Shown here piece by piece: positions 10,161-19,131 of a stretch of DNA of 64,000 nucleotides. The notes under the pieces were generated by a model. It saw only the letters and a program-made list of their open reading frames with translations, was not told where the DNA came from and did not search any database. The translations under genes were made by a program, and so were the position numbers. The stretch's first letter is position 1. Each line of letters opens with the position of its first letter. The DNA comes from an uncultured Solirubrobacterales bacterium (GTDB lineage: Bacteria; Actinomycetota; Thermoleophilia; Solirubrobacterales; Solirubrobacteraceae): contig OY970282.1 of the NCBI GenBank assembly GCA_963715925.1, positions 365,891-429,890 on the forward strand, in the 5' to 3' direction.

Positions 10161-13075
10161 CAGCCTGCGAGCTCGGGCACCCAGGGCGTCTGGCGTTGCA
10201 GGCTGTGGGCGGTCGCATGTTGGTCCTTGAGGTTCTGGTCGATCCAGGTCGCGAGCTCGCGTTGCGCGGCGGGCTCCCCGTGCACGATCCCGAATACCGT
10301 CGCATCGTGCGCTCGCGTCATACGCTCGGCGAAGGCGTGTAGATCGGACGTCGGTGCGTGCGCTGAGAGGCCAACGCGCTGGAATAGACACTTGATCTTC
10401 GGGTTCTCGTCACCGAGGCGGATCGTGTCGCCAGTCGTGAGCCGATTGATGCCTGGAATGCCACCGGCAGCACGAGGCATGTAGCCGGTGAAGACAACTC
10501 CGTGCTGCTTGTGGCGTACCATCTCGCGCAGGAAGGCGCGCGACCAGCCTCCAGACAGCATCGCGGGACTGGCGATGATGTAACCCGGCTTCTCACTGCT
10601 GAGGATGTCCAGTATGGCTTCATCGAGCGTCCCGCTGTTGGAGAGCCACTCGTTGGGGTTGCGGACGGAGGGAAACGACCCGATGGCAGCCCAGCCACCG
10701 TTACGGGCCTGGCTGTATTGGTCGTAGACATCCATGATCTTGTTACCCATGCCCGCAACATAGAGTGGCCCGTCGGGCATCTCGCGGCCGCGTCGGGCCT
10801 CGATAATCTTCACCAACTCCTGTGTACGCCCGAGGCTGAAGCTGGGCAGGAGCAGGAACCCCCCCTCTCCAACCGTCTTCATCGCGTAGTCCGAGAGGCG
10901 CTGGGCAGCCTGCTCGCGACCATGAAGATTACGGCGACCCTGTTGCAGCATCTGGTCCGGTACGCCGTAGGTCGACTCCATGATCACCAAGTCGGCGAGC
11001 TCGATCTCGTCTAACCCCCACGTCGGGAGAGTGTGCTGGGGGTCCGCGATCGGGCCTAGGTCGCCTGTGTAGAGCAATGTGTGGCCCGACTCCTCCTCGG
11101 TAACGTGGATCGCGCAGCTACCGAGTACGTGTGCGACGGGCAGGTAGCGGACGAGCAGAGTTGTATCCCCTACGCGGAACTTGGCGCCCTTCTCGGCTGG
11201 CCGGACGCGCTCCATGATGTTCTTGACGTCTTGCTGCGTATACGCCGGCCGCATGGAGCCCTCGTAGTAATCAGAGTCCGACACCGCCATCGCCGTCATC
11301 CGCTCCTCGCGGGAATGCTGGATCTTCGCCGAGTCCAAGAGCATGATCTCAGCCAGCTGGATGGTGGGCGGGGACATCCACACCGGGACGTCGCGCTCAG
11401 AGGTGGCCTCCAAAGCGTCCAGGATGGTCGGCAGCGAGCCGACGTGGTCGACATGAGCATGACTGATCAGCACGCCGTCGAGCGCCTCGGTGGGCACGCG
11501 AAAGTGGAAGGGCTGAGCGTTTGGGTCGCCGTACTCCCCCTTGACTCGCTGGCCGGCATCCAAGAGTACGCTGTAGCCGTTGTGGGTTTGGACGAGGATC
11601 GCGCTTCCCCCAACCTCCTCAGCACCACCTAGGGCACGGATCGTGAACGGCTGGCTGTGTCGGCGGGTCCGCCGCCGGCGCGGCCGCGATGCCTCGGCCG
11701 GTTCCGATTGATCCGCTATCGTAGCGGCCTCCTCGGCCGCACTGTCAGGGGGTTGAGGCGTCGCCTCGTCGATCTCCGGAGTGGCGATCTCCGCCACCTT
11801 CGCGACGGGGATCTCGGCGGCGCCGCCGGGGACAGCCGGCACTGGTGTGACCGCCTGGCTGAGTTCGCTGAATACAGCGGTCAGCCGCAGCAGGTGTTGG
11901 TCGTCTGGCAGCGCTGCGCCCGACGCGATGCGTTCAGCCGCCATGGAAGTCGCCTGGCCGACGACAGGAGCAAGTGCGCGGAATAGAGAGTGGGGGGAGT
12001 CGACCGGCAGCAGTTCCTCGGGGCCAGTCGGGCGCGCGCGCTGAGACTGGCTGATCTGTCGCAGGCGCTCCGCCTGGCGATCGGCCTGCTCTTGCGCCTC
12101 GAGGCGCAAGCGGCGCTCACCGTCGCGCTCGGATCGCAGCTCGTCCAGGTCAGCCTGGAGGCGATCCATCTCCCCAGCGCGCTCCTCCAGCTCGCGCAAC
12201 CGCTCGCGGTCGGCCTTGGCGGCACTGAGTTGGCCATCCAACGAGGCGATCCGCTTTGCGTTCTCGGCCAGCTTGGCCCGCGCTCCCGCCAGCTGAGCGT
12301 CGGCGTCTCCGGCACGCTGCTGAGCGGTTTCGAGCTCATTCAAGGATGCCTCCAGCGTGCCGACCTTCTTCTCGGCAGCAGCGAGTTGCTTGTCGCGATC
12401 CTTAATATCGCGCTCGAGTGCCTTGACGAGCTCCTCGAGCCCATGGATTCGGTGGCGCTCGGCATCCTCGTCCTCTGTGCCATCGCCTCCGCGCGCGGCA
12501 AGCCGCTCGGCAAGCTCGTCCTCGATTAGTTCGAGCTCCTCCCGGTCATTCGTGTGCAGCATGTACACCGCGGCGGCCACGAACTCCTCGGGGCAGGCGG
12601 AGCGGGAGTCAAGGAACGCGGCGGGATCATCGGCAAGCGCCACCAGCGTCGCATCCGCAATCCGCGCTTTGCGGTTGTCGTAGTGATGGAGCACCGACTG
12701 CAGTGCGATGTCCCACAGCGTACGCTCGCGGCGCAGCAGCTGGGCGAGCGCGCGAGCGGTCTGGCTCGACGGTCCGTAGTTAGCCTTGCGGGTCACTCCC
12801 GCGCGGATGAGCAGGCGCCGCTGAGTCGAGCGGTCCAGTCCAGTGCGCCAGGCTTTCTTCGCGGCTGGGAGGACGGCAATGTGCCGCAGCACCGTGTCGG
12901 GGATCTCGTCAGGGGCCGGCGTGTCGGGCTGAAACTTCTCGAGGTGCTCGCGAAGATCGGCAGCGCGAGCGACTATGTCGCTATCGACGTTTCCGTTGCG
13001 ACCACCGGCCGGCGGCGCATCCGAGGTCGTAGTAGTCAGGTCGTCTCGCTCGTGGAGAGTCACTTCACAGACCAC
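10160..13075 (-). CDS. beta-CASP metallo-beta-lactamase-fold nuclease (CPSF73/YSH1-like) with N-terminal helical domain and long coiled coil
   Basis: LGGAEEVGGS, LLDAG, SHAHVDH (HxHxDH), AHVLGS, YTGD, MESTYG, SFSLGRTQE, LSAHA, IVHGE. About 150 residues of heptad-like E/K/R/A/L sequence. GTG start uncertain. Confidence 0.88.
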   Translation of the reverse strand: MVCEVTLHERDDLTTTTSDAPPAGGRNGNVDSDIVARAADLREHLEKFQPDTPAPDEIPDTVLRHIAVLPAAKKAWRTGLDRSTQRRLLIRAGVTRKANYGPSSQTARALAQLLRRERTLWDIALQSVLHHYDNRKARIADATLVALADDPAAFLDSRSACPEEFVAAAVYMLHTNDREELELIEDELAERLAARGGDGTEDEDAERHRIHGLEELVKALERDIKDRDKQLAAAEKKVGTLEASLNELETAQQRAGDADAQLAGARAKLAENAKRIASLDGQLSAAKADRERLRELEERAGEMDRLQADLDELRSERDGERRLRLEAQEQADRQAERLRQISQSQRARPTGPEELLPVDSPHSLFRALAPVVGQATSMAAERIASGAALPDDQHLLRLTAVFSELSQAVTPVPAVPGGAAEIPVAKVAEIATPEIDEATPQPPDSAAEEAATIADQSEPAEASRPRRRRTRRHSQPFTIRALGGAEEVGGSAILVQTHNGYSVLLDAGQRVKGEYGDPNAQPFHFRVPTEALDGVLISHAHVDHVGSLPTILDALEATSERDVPVWMSPPTIQLAEIMLLDSAKIQHSREERMTAMAVSDSDYYEGSMRPAYTQQDVKNIMERVRPAEKGAKFRVGDTTLLVRYLPVAHVLGSCAIHVTEEESGHTLLYTGDLGPIADPQHTLPTWGLDEIELADLVIMESTYGVPDQMLQQGRRNLHGREQAAQRLSDYAMKTVGEGGFLLLPSFSLGRTQELVKIIEARRGREMPDGPLYVAGMGNKIMDVYDQYSQARNGGWAAIGSFPSVRNPNEWLSNSGTLDEAILDILSSEKPGYIIASPAMLSGGWSRAFLREMVRHKQHGVVFTGYMPRAAGGIPGINRLTTGDTIRLGDENPKIKCLFQRVGLSAHAPTSDLHAFAERMTRAHDATVFGIVHGEPAAQRELATWIDQNLKDQHATAHSLQRQTPWVPELAG

Positions 13076-13324
13076 CCGCAGGATGAAACCGCCATTCCGG
13101 CTACAGACACTATCGTGACGAGCGGCTTGGAGCCGTCCCGTGCGTAGTGCATACGTCCAATTGATGCCGCACCTTCCGAACAGGTGGTCGGGCCATGTCG
13201 GGAAACTCCAGCCCCACCTCCTCGACGGGTCGCATCAACACCGCCAGTGCGCGGCGCGCAGAGCACGAGGACAGCTTCGTGCCTTCCGCTTCATCGCCTC
13301 GACCATCGCTATCTGCGAAAAGTC

Positions 13325-13344
13325 TCGTTCCGCGTTTCGTTCCG
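13325..13344. repeat. Direct repeat TCGTTCCG x2 (12-bp period), possible integrase arm-type sites
   Basis: Copies at 13325-13332 and 13337-13344, about 65 bp from the tRNA 3' end. Confidence 0.35.
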
Positions 13345-13408
13345 TGTCCGCGATCCGTCGCCAGCTCGATCATCGCAAAAGGTACCGATTTCTAGGCAAT
13401 TCCTGAAG

Positions 13409-13482
13409 GGTGAGCGAGGGGACTCGAACCCCCGACCGCCGGGACCACAACCCGGAGCTCTACCAGCTGAGCTACGCCCACC
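13409..13482 (-). tRNA. tRNA-His (GTG); CCA not encoded
   Basis: Reverse complement GGTGGGCGTAGCTCAGCTGGTAGAGCTCCGGGTTGTGGTCCCGGCGGTCGGGGGTTCGAGTCCCCTCGCTCACC shows G-1, C73 discriminator, D-loop AGCTGGTA, anticodon loop TTGTGGT and T-loop TTCGAGT. Confidence 0.97.
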
Positions 13483-13544
13483 AGGCTGGGCTCCGAAGTG
13501 TAGCGGCGGGTCTGTGGACCCTGCGGGCGCCGCACCGAGCCCGC

Positions 13545-14288
13545 TCACGCCCTGCGCATCCAGACTTGCGCGGCCTGCCGATCTCCGGTCCAACTCTCGG
13601 GCGCCCGCAGGACGAACGCCGTGTCCTCCGCGCCCACCGGCGCGGGGGCGGCCTCCGGTCCGGTGGCGCGCAGCAGCACAATCAGGCGCGCGCGTAGCAG
13701 CGAGGCGACCGCGCGTTCTGCGAGGCCCAGGGCGTCGCTCGCGCTCGCCTGGCCGCTCGGGTCGCGGGTGGCAGCCAGCTCCCACGCGCGGTGCAGTGGG
13801 ATCTGCTCGAGGCCCATCTGCGCGAGCAGCTCAAGGCCAAGGGAGTCCGCCTTCAGGTCCGTCGCGCCGCCGCCCGCTGGTCCCTGCACCGCCGCGGGAG
13901 CCGATGCGTCGCTCGCTCCTGGCGCCCTCCCTGCCACCTCTGCTCCGCCCGACGGGGCCGGTGGACCCTGCGCCTCGCCCCCACCACTCGCGAGGGCCTC
14001 CCCTGCCGCCGCCAGCAGCTGCGCCGTCACGTCCTTGCTCTGGCGCTGCGCGGTGCGCCAGCCGCGGCCCATCGAGAGCTGCGCCGGGGGGATGGGCAGT
14101 CCTTCGAGCACCGTGAGCCGCGCGTGGCGCGGGTCCCACTTGAGCTCTCCCAGCTCGAATGGCCGGTCGGCCACCCACGGCCCCAGCACCGTGGCCCGCA
14201 GCTCCTCCCCGCTCAGGTTGAAGCGGCACACGTTGCGCGGGAAGTGGCGCAGCTCCACGTGGTAGACGGTTTCACCCAGGGTCCCCAA
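13545..14288 (-). CDS. Hypothetical protein
   Basis: GC3-biased ORF overlapping the ridA stop. Protein-like N-terminus (YHVELRHFPRNVCRFNL), Ala/Pro-rich linker. Confidence 0.65.
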   Translation of the reverse strand: MGTLGETVYHVELRHFPRNVCRFNLSGEELRATVLGPWVADRPFELGELKWDPRHARLTVLEGLPIPPAQLSMGRGWRTAQRQSKDVTAQLLAAAGEALASGGGEAQGPPAPSGGAEVAGRAPGASDASAPAAVQGPAGGGATDLKADSLGLELLAQMGLEQIPLHRAWELAATRDPSGQASASDALGLAERAVASLLRARLIVLLRATGPEAAPAPVGAEDTAFVLRAPESWTGDRQAAQVWMRRA

Positions 14289-14685
14289 GCGCCACCACCG
14301 CGTCGATCTCCACCAGTGCCCCGCGCGGCAACGCCGCCACCCCGACCGTCACCCGCGCCGGCGGCGCCGCGGCGAAGAACTCGGCGTACACCTCGTTCAC
14401 CTCCCCGAAGCGCTCCAGGTCGGTCATGTACACCGTCAGGCGCACCGCCTGCTCGAGCGTGGCCCCTGACGCGGCACACACCGCCTGCAGGTTCTCCAGG
14501 CACTGTCGCGCCTGCTCCGCCGCGCTCGCGCCCACCAGCTCGCCGCTCGCCGGGTCGAGCGGGATCTGGCCCGAGCAGAACAGCAGCCCCCCCGCCGCTC
14601 GCAGGTCGACCCTCACCGCGTGGCTGTACGGGCCGATCGCCGCGGGCGCGCCCGCGGCCGTCACGGTGTGGCGAGAGCGGTCCAC
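14272..14685 (-). CDS. ridA: RidA/YjgF/UK114 enamine-imine deaminase
   Basis: AIGPYSHAV, LFCSGQIPLDP, PPARVTVGVAALPRGALVEIDAV. C-terminal part of track ORF 14272..17526; GTG at 14685. Confidence 0.93.
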   Translation of the reverse strand: MDRSRHTVTAAGAPAAIGPYSHAVRVDLRAAGGLLFCSGQIPLDPASGELVGASAAEQARQCLENLQAVCAASGATLEQAVRLTVYMTDLERFGEVNEVYAEFFAAAPPARVTVGVAALPRGALVEIDAVVALGDPG

Positions 14686-14752
14686 GCGCCGGAGCCTACT
14701 ACCGGCTCTCCCCCGGCCCCGGCGCCACGGCCGAGCACGCGAGGGAGCCCGA

Positions 14753-15035
14753 GGACGGAACCTCGGCGGGACCTCGGCTGGCCGGCGTCCCCGCACGGCG
14801 GCGCGTCGTCGGGACGGAACCTCGGCGGGACCTCGGCTGGCCGGCGTCCCCGCACGGCGGCGCGTCGTCGGGACGGAACCTCGGCGGGACCTCGGCTGGC
14901 CGGCGTCCCCGCACGATGGCGCGTCGTCGGGACGGAACCTCGGCGGGACCTCGGCTGGCCGGCGTCCCCGCACGATGGCGCGTCGCCGGGACGGAACCTC
15001 GGCTAGCCGGCGTCCCCCACGGTGGCGCGTCGTCG
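14753..15035. repeat. 59-bp intergenic tandem repeat: 4 full copies plus 1 internally deleted copy
   Basis: Unit GGACGGAACCTCGGCGGGACCTCGGCTGGCCGGCGTCCCCGCAC(GGC/GAT)GGCGCGTCG(T/C)CG starts at 14753, 14812, 14871, 14930 and 14989. Confidence 0.95.
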
Positions 15036-15060
15036 CGCCCGATCGGCTAGATTCCAACTG

Positions 15061-17055
15061 GTGCGACCCTCCGTCAGGAAGCTCGCCGTCGCATTCCTGA
15101 CGGCCACGATCATCGCCGTGGGCGCACTTCCCGCGTCCGCCGGAGCGCAGATTGCGTGGGGCCCGTGCGGCACCAGCAACGACTTCGCCTGCGGCCACCT
15201 CACCGTCCCGCTCGATCCCTCCGGGGGTACGCCGGGAACGATCACGCTTGCGCTCCGCCGCCACCGCGCGCCTGTGGGAGAAGCGAGCTCCGCGGTGATC
15301 GCGCTCGCCGGCGGCCCCGGGCAGTCCGCAATCCCGTTCGCCGAAGACTTCACCGAACTGCTCGGGCCGATCCTCGCCACGCGCGACTTGATCGTCTTCG
15401 ACCAACGCGGCACCGGCAACTCGCACCCGCTCTCCTGCCACGCCTTGGAACACCCTAGCGTCCCCCGCTCCGCCGGGCAGCTGATCACTGCCTGCGCCAA
15501 CCAAATCGGGACCGAACGCGCCTTCTACACAACCCCCGACACCGTCGCCGACATCGAGGCGATCCGTCGCGCGGGGGGATATGAAAAGCTCGTCCTCTAC
15601 GGCACCTCCTACGGCACGAAGGTCGCCGAGGAGTATGCCCAGGAGTACCCCCAACACGTCGAAGCGCTGGTGCTCGACTCGGTCGTGCCGCCCACCGGGC
15701 CCGAACCGCTCGACCGCTCGACGTTCGAAGCGGTGCCCCGCATCCTGCGCCAGCTGTGCGAGTACCACCTGTGCGCCCACATCACCCCCAACCCCGTCGG
15801 CGACCTCGCGCGGCTCGTGCGGCGCATGAGTCGGGGCCCGCTGCGCGGGCGCTACATCGCCGACCACGGCCATCCCCACACCATCCCCATCTCCTCCAAC
15901 GAGCTCCTCGACATCCTGCTCGCGGGCGACTTCGACCCGATCGTGCGCGCCGAATTCCCCGCCGCGGTGCGCGCCGCGGCCGACGGCGACACGGCGGCGC
16001 TCGCGCGGCTGCTCGTGCGCGCCTCGGGAGGCGAAAGCGAAGAAGGTGAAGGGATCGACGTGCCGCTCTACTACGCCACCACCTGCGAAGAGGAGGACTT
16101 CCCGTGGAGCCGCACGGCGAGCCCCTCCGAACGCCTCGCGCAAGTGGCCGCCTCGATCAGGGCGCTGCCCGCCGGCTCGATCGGCCCGTTCGCACCCGCC
16201 AACATGCTCGACTTCAGCGACGCCTCCTCGTGCGCCTTCTGGCCCTTCGCGACGCCCGCGCCGCCGTCCGTGCCGGCCACGATGCCCGACGTCCCCACGC
16301 TGATCCTCTCCGGCGCCGACGACCTGCGCACCCCCACCGCGAACGCACGCGCGGTTGCCGCGCAGATCCCCGGCTCGCACCTGGTGGTGGTGCCCAACAC
16401 CGGCCACTCGGTGCTCGGGACCGAGCCCACCCACTGCGCGCGCAAGGCGCTGCTGGCGATGTTCGCCGACGACGCGATCGCGCCCTGCCCCGCTGGGCCG
16501 CCCTCGCCCTTCCTGCGCCCCACTCCCCTGCCGCCCGAGCGGCTCGCCGACGTCTCCCCGGCCCATGGCTACCACGGCCGGGCGGGACGGACGCTGCAGG
16601 CGGTCAAGCTCACGCTCGCCGACTTCTCCCGCCAGCTCCTGCTGCAGCTCCTCGAAACCGCCGGCGAGACCGGCGGGCGCTCCGCCAGCCTCATCTCGCT
16701 CAACAGCGGCGGCCTGCGCGCCGGGTGGGTACAGCTCACCAAAGGCGGCCTGCGCTTCCACCGCTACTCCTACGTGCCCGGCGTGACCATCTCCGGCGCC
16801 GTCAAGGCCGAAAGCATCGTGCTGCGCATCGGCGGGTCCGCCGCGGCGCACGGCACGCTGCGGCTGGGAGCCCGCAAAGCCCTGGTCGGAACGTTGGCTG
16901 GGCAGCACGTCCACCTCCGCCCGAGCTCCACGGCGAGTGCCGCTATTGTCGGTGCCGATGCGCAGGCGAGCCCCGATCTCGGTCTTGGCGGCTCTGCTGC
17001 CCGCACTATTGTTCGCCAGCTCGCCGTCGTCCTCGGCCGGCTCCCCTGGCTCTGA
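15061..17055 (+). CDS. Secreted alpha/beta hydrolase (TAP-like peptidase family)
   Basis: Signal peptide, LAGGPGQ, FDQRGTG, GTSYG nucleophile, LSGADDLRTP, TGHSVLG. Confidence 0.88.
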   Translation: MRPSVRKLAVAFLTATIIAVGALPASAGAQIAWGPCGTSNDFACGHLTVPLDPSGGTPGTITLALRRHRAPVGEASSAVIALAGGPGQSAIPFAEDFTELLGPILATRDLIVFDQRGTGNSHPLSCHALEHPSVPRSAGQLITACANQIGTERAFYTTPDTVADIEAIRRAGGYEKLVLYGTSYGTKVAEEYAQEYPQHVEALVLDSVVPPTGPEPLDRSTFEAVPRILRQLCEYHLCAHITPNPVGDLARLVRRMSRGPLRGRYIADHGHPHTIPISSNELLDILLAGDFDPIVRAEFPAAVRAAADGDTAALARLLVRASGGESEEGEGIDVPLYYATTCEEEDFPWSRTASPSERLAQVAASIRALPAGSIGPFAPANMLDFSDASSCAFWPFATPAPPSVPATMPDVPTLILSGADDLRTPTANARAVAAQIPGSHLVVVPNTGHSVLGTEPTHCARKALLAMFADDAIAPCPAGPPSPFLRPTPLPPERLADVSPAHGYHGRAGRTLQAVKLTLADFSRQLLLQLLETAGETGGRSASLISLNSGGLRAGWVQLTKGGLRFHRYSYVPGVTISGAVKAESIVLRIGGSAAAHGTLRLGARKALVGTLAGQHVHLRPSSTASAAIVGADAQASPDLGLGGSAARTIVRQLAVVLGRLPWL

Positions 17056-18994
17056 GCTCAGCTTCTCTCCCTGCCCGCACGCGACAGGCTTCGCCTGCAC
17101 CACCGTCACCGTCCCGCTCGACCGCACCGGCGCGGTGCCCGGCACGATCGCGTTGAGCGTGGAGCGCCTGCAGGCCGGCCCCGCCCCAAGCTCGAGCGCC
17201 GTGATCGGGCTCGCCGGCGGGCCCGGCCAGGCCGCCAACCCACTCGCGGGCTTCATCGCCAAGGCGATCGCCCCCGCACTGCTCGGACGCGACCTGATCG
17301 TCTTCGACCAGCGCGGCACCGGGCGCTCGGACCCGCTGAACTGCCCGGCGCTGGGGAGCGCCGCGGCGCTCGAAAGCGCTGGCCCCACCACGGTCGGCCG
17401 CCTCGCCGAACAGTGCGCCCTGCAGCTCGGGCCCGCGCGCGCGGCATTCACGAGCGAGGAATCGGTGCAGGACATCGAGGCGATCCGCCAGGAGATGGGG
17501 TACGAAAAGCTCGTGCTGTACGGCACCTCCTACGGCACCAAGGTCGCGCTGCAGTACGCCGAACAGTACCCCGCACACGTCGAAGCGCTGGTGCTCGACT
17601 CCGTCGTGCCCCCCGAAGGCCCCGACCCCTTCGGGCTGTCCACCCTCCAGGCGCTGGGGCCGGTGCTCGGGGAGCTCTGCTCGGAAGGGGCGTGCGCGCA
17701 CATCACCGCCAACCCCCTCGGCGACATCGCGCGCCTCGCCTCCCTCCTGCGCCGCCACCCGCTCAGCGGGTCGGTGTACGACGGCTCCGGGCACCGCCAC
17801 TCCGCGACGCTCGGCGAGGCCGACCTGCTCGGCATCCTGGAGGCCGGCGACCTCAACCCAGCGTTGCGCGCGCTACTGCCCGCCGCGGTGCAGTCCGCGC
17901 TGCGCCACGACCCCGACCCGCTGCTGCGCCTCGACGCGCTCTCGGAAGGGCTGATCCCCAACCTGCCCACACCTCCGCGGGGGACCTCAGCCGAACGGGA
18001 AGCGCGCGAAGAAGAAGACGACGCGCTGTTCCTCGCGACCTCCTGCGAGGAGAAGCCCTTCCCCTGGCAGCGCGCTGCGGCGCCTGCCACCCGTGACGCG
18101 GAAGCGCTCGCCGCGCTGCACGCGCTGGGAAGCTCGGCCTTCTACCCCTTCGACGCTGCCACCGCGTGGGCCACCAGCCTCGTGCCCGACTGCGTCGACT
18201 GGCCCGACGCCTCGCCGCCGCCGCTCGCCCCGAGCCCGCTGCCGAACGTGCCGACGCTGATCCTCTCCGGCGCACAGGACCTGCGCACCCCCACCTCGGG
18301 CGCGCACGCCGTCGCCGCGCGGATCCCCGACGCGCAGCTGCTCGTCGTCCCCTACACCGGGCACTCGGTGCTCGGCAGCGACTTCACCAACTGCGCCGAA
18401 GACGCCGTCAGCGCCTTCTTTCAGGGCGGAGTGGGCGGGTATCCAATCCAGCCGTGCCAACCGACTCCCGACATTTTCACCCCGACCCCCATCACCCCCA
18501 CCCGCCTGGCCTCCGTGCAGTCGATCCCCGGCCTGTCCGGCCGACCCGGCCGCACGCTCACCGCGGTGCTCGACACGCTCGTGGACCTCGACCGCCAGGT
18601 GATCGGGGCCACACTGCAAGTCGAGCAGGAACTGCCCTCCGGCTCGAGCTTCGGCGGCCTGCACGGGGGCTACGCGAGGCTCAGCGCCTCCGCGGTGCGC
18701 CTCTCGAGCCTCACCTTCGTGCCCGGCGTCGCGCTCAGCGGGACCCTCCCCGCCAGCAATGGCAAGCTCCACAGCGTCACCGTTCGCGTCGGTGGCAGCG
18801 CCGCCGCGCGCGGCACCGTCACACTCGCCTCCGGGGGGCGCGCCCTCGGCACCCTCGGCGGCAGGCGCTTCGACGTGAGCATCGCCCACGCTCAACTTTC
18901 GCGCGCGAGTGCCGCCCTCGCCGCAACATGGCAGGGGGACGGAACGCTGCTGCCGATCCACTTCCCGCTGCCGGCGCTGGCGCGGTTGGGCTGA
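16958..18994 (+). CDS. Secreted alpha/beta hydrolase (TAP-like), tandem paralog
   Basis: Same motifs ([36 protein letters not shown]). Its signal peptide is encoded inside the upstream gene's 3' end. Confidence 0.88.
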   Translation: MRRRAPISVLAALLPALLFASSPSSSAGSPGSELSFSPCPHATGFACTTVTVPLDRTGAVPGTIALSVERLQAGPAPSSSAVIGLAGGPGQAANPLAGFIAKAIAPALLGRDLIVFDQRGTGRSDPLNCPALGSAAALESAGPTTVGRLAEQCALQLGPARAAFTSEESVQDIEAIRQEMGYEKLVLYGTSYGTKVALQYAEQYPAHVEALVLDSVVPPEGPDPFGLSTLQALGPVLGELCSEGACAHITANPLGDIARLASLLRRHPLSGSVYDGSGHRHSATLGEADLLGILEAGDLNPALRALLPAAVQSALRHDPDPLLRLDALSEGLIPNLPTPPRGTSAEREAREEEDDALFLATSCEEKPFPWQRAAAPATRDAEALAALHALGSSAFYPFDAATAWATSLVPDCVDWPDASPPPLAPSPLPNVPTLILSGAQDLRTPTSGAHAVAARIPDAQLLVVPYTGHSVLGSDFTNCAEDAVSAFFQGGVGGYPIQPCQPTPDIFTPTPITPTRLASVQSIPGLSGRPGRTLTAVLDTLVDLDRQVIGATLQVEQELPSGSSFGGLHGGYARLSASAVRLSSLTFVPGVALSGTLPASNGKLHSVTVRVGGSAAARGTVTLASGGRALGTLGGRRFDVSIAHAQLSRASAALAATWQGDGTLLPIHFPLPALARLG

Positions 18995-19075
18995 GGCCGC
19001 GAGGCTCCCCGCGCGAAGCCGCCGCGGCCGCGCCGACCCCGCGTAGGCGCGCGGAGGCACCGACTACGCTGAACC

Positions 19076-19129
19076 CAAGAGGGTGGCGCAGTCGGCCGCA
19101 GGCCGACAAGCCGTGCCCCTCGCTCTCGA
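19076..19129 (+). repeat. Intergenic copy of a 54-bp palindromic (REP/RPE-like) element
   Basis: Ungapped 39/44 identity (element positions 3-46) to the reverse complement of 38733-38786. Inner hairpin GTCGGCC-GCA-GGCCGAC. Confidence 0.8.
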
Positions 19130-19131
19130 TC

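Larger units (their letters stand above)
1..13408. mobile_element. Putative tRNA-His-anchored genomic (defence) island; left boundary outside the window
   Basis: Lies directly downstream of the tRNA-His 3' end. Carries only TA/defence-type genes. Codon third positions are visibly less GC-biased than in flanking core genes (judged by eye). No integrase or att duplicate in the window. Confidence 0.65.

Noticed and set aside
1773-13075. Calling the helicase operon DISARM, Dpd or BREX
   Set aside because: No methyltransferase, PLD, PglZ or DpdA gene. Helicase and DUF1998-like domain are in one polypeptide, as in DruE.
13110-13373. 87-aa ORF beside the tRNA as an integrase or excisionase remnant
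   Set aside because: No recognisable recombinase or HTH motif; it overlaps likely att/promoter DNA.
14753-15035. 59-bp repeats as a CRISPR array
   Set aside because: Units are head to tail with no unique spacers, and no cas genes are present.
14272-17526. 1084-aa minus-strand ORF
   Set aside because: Only its last 137 aa (RidA) are real; the rest is the antisense shadow of the hydrolases and the VNTR. Most other overlapping track ORFs are similar high-GC shadows.
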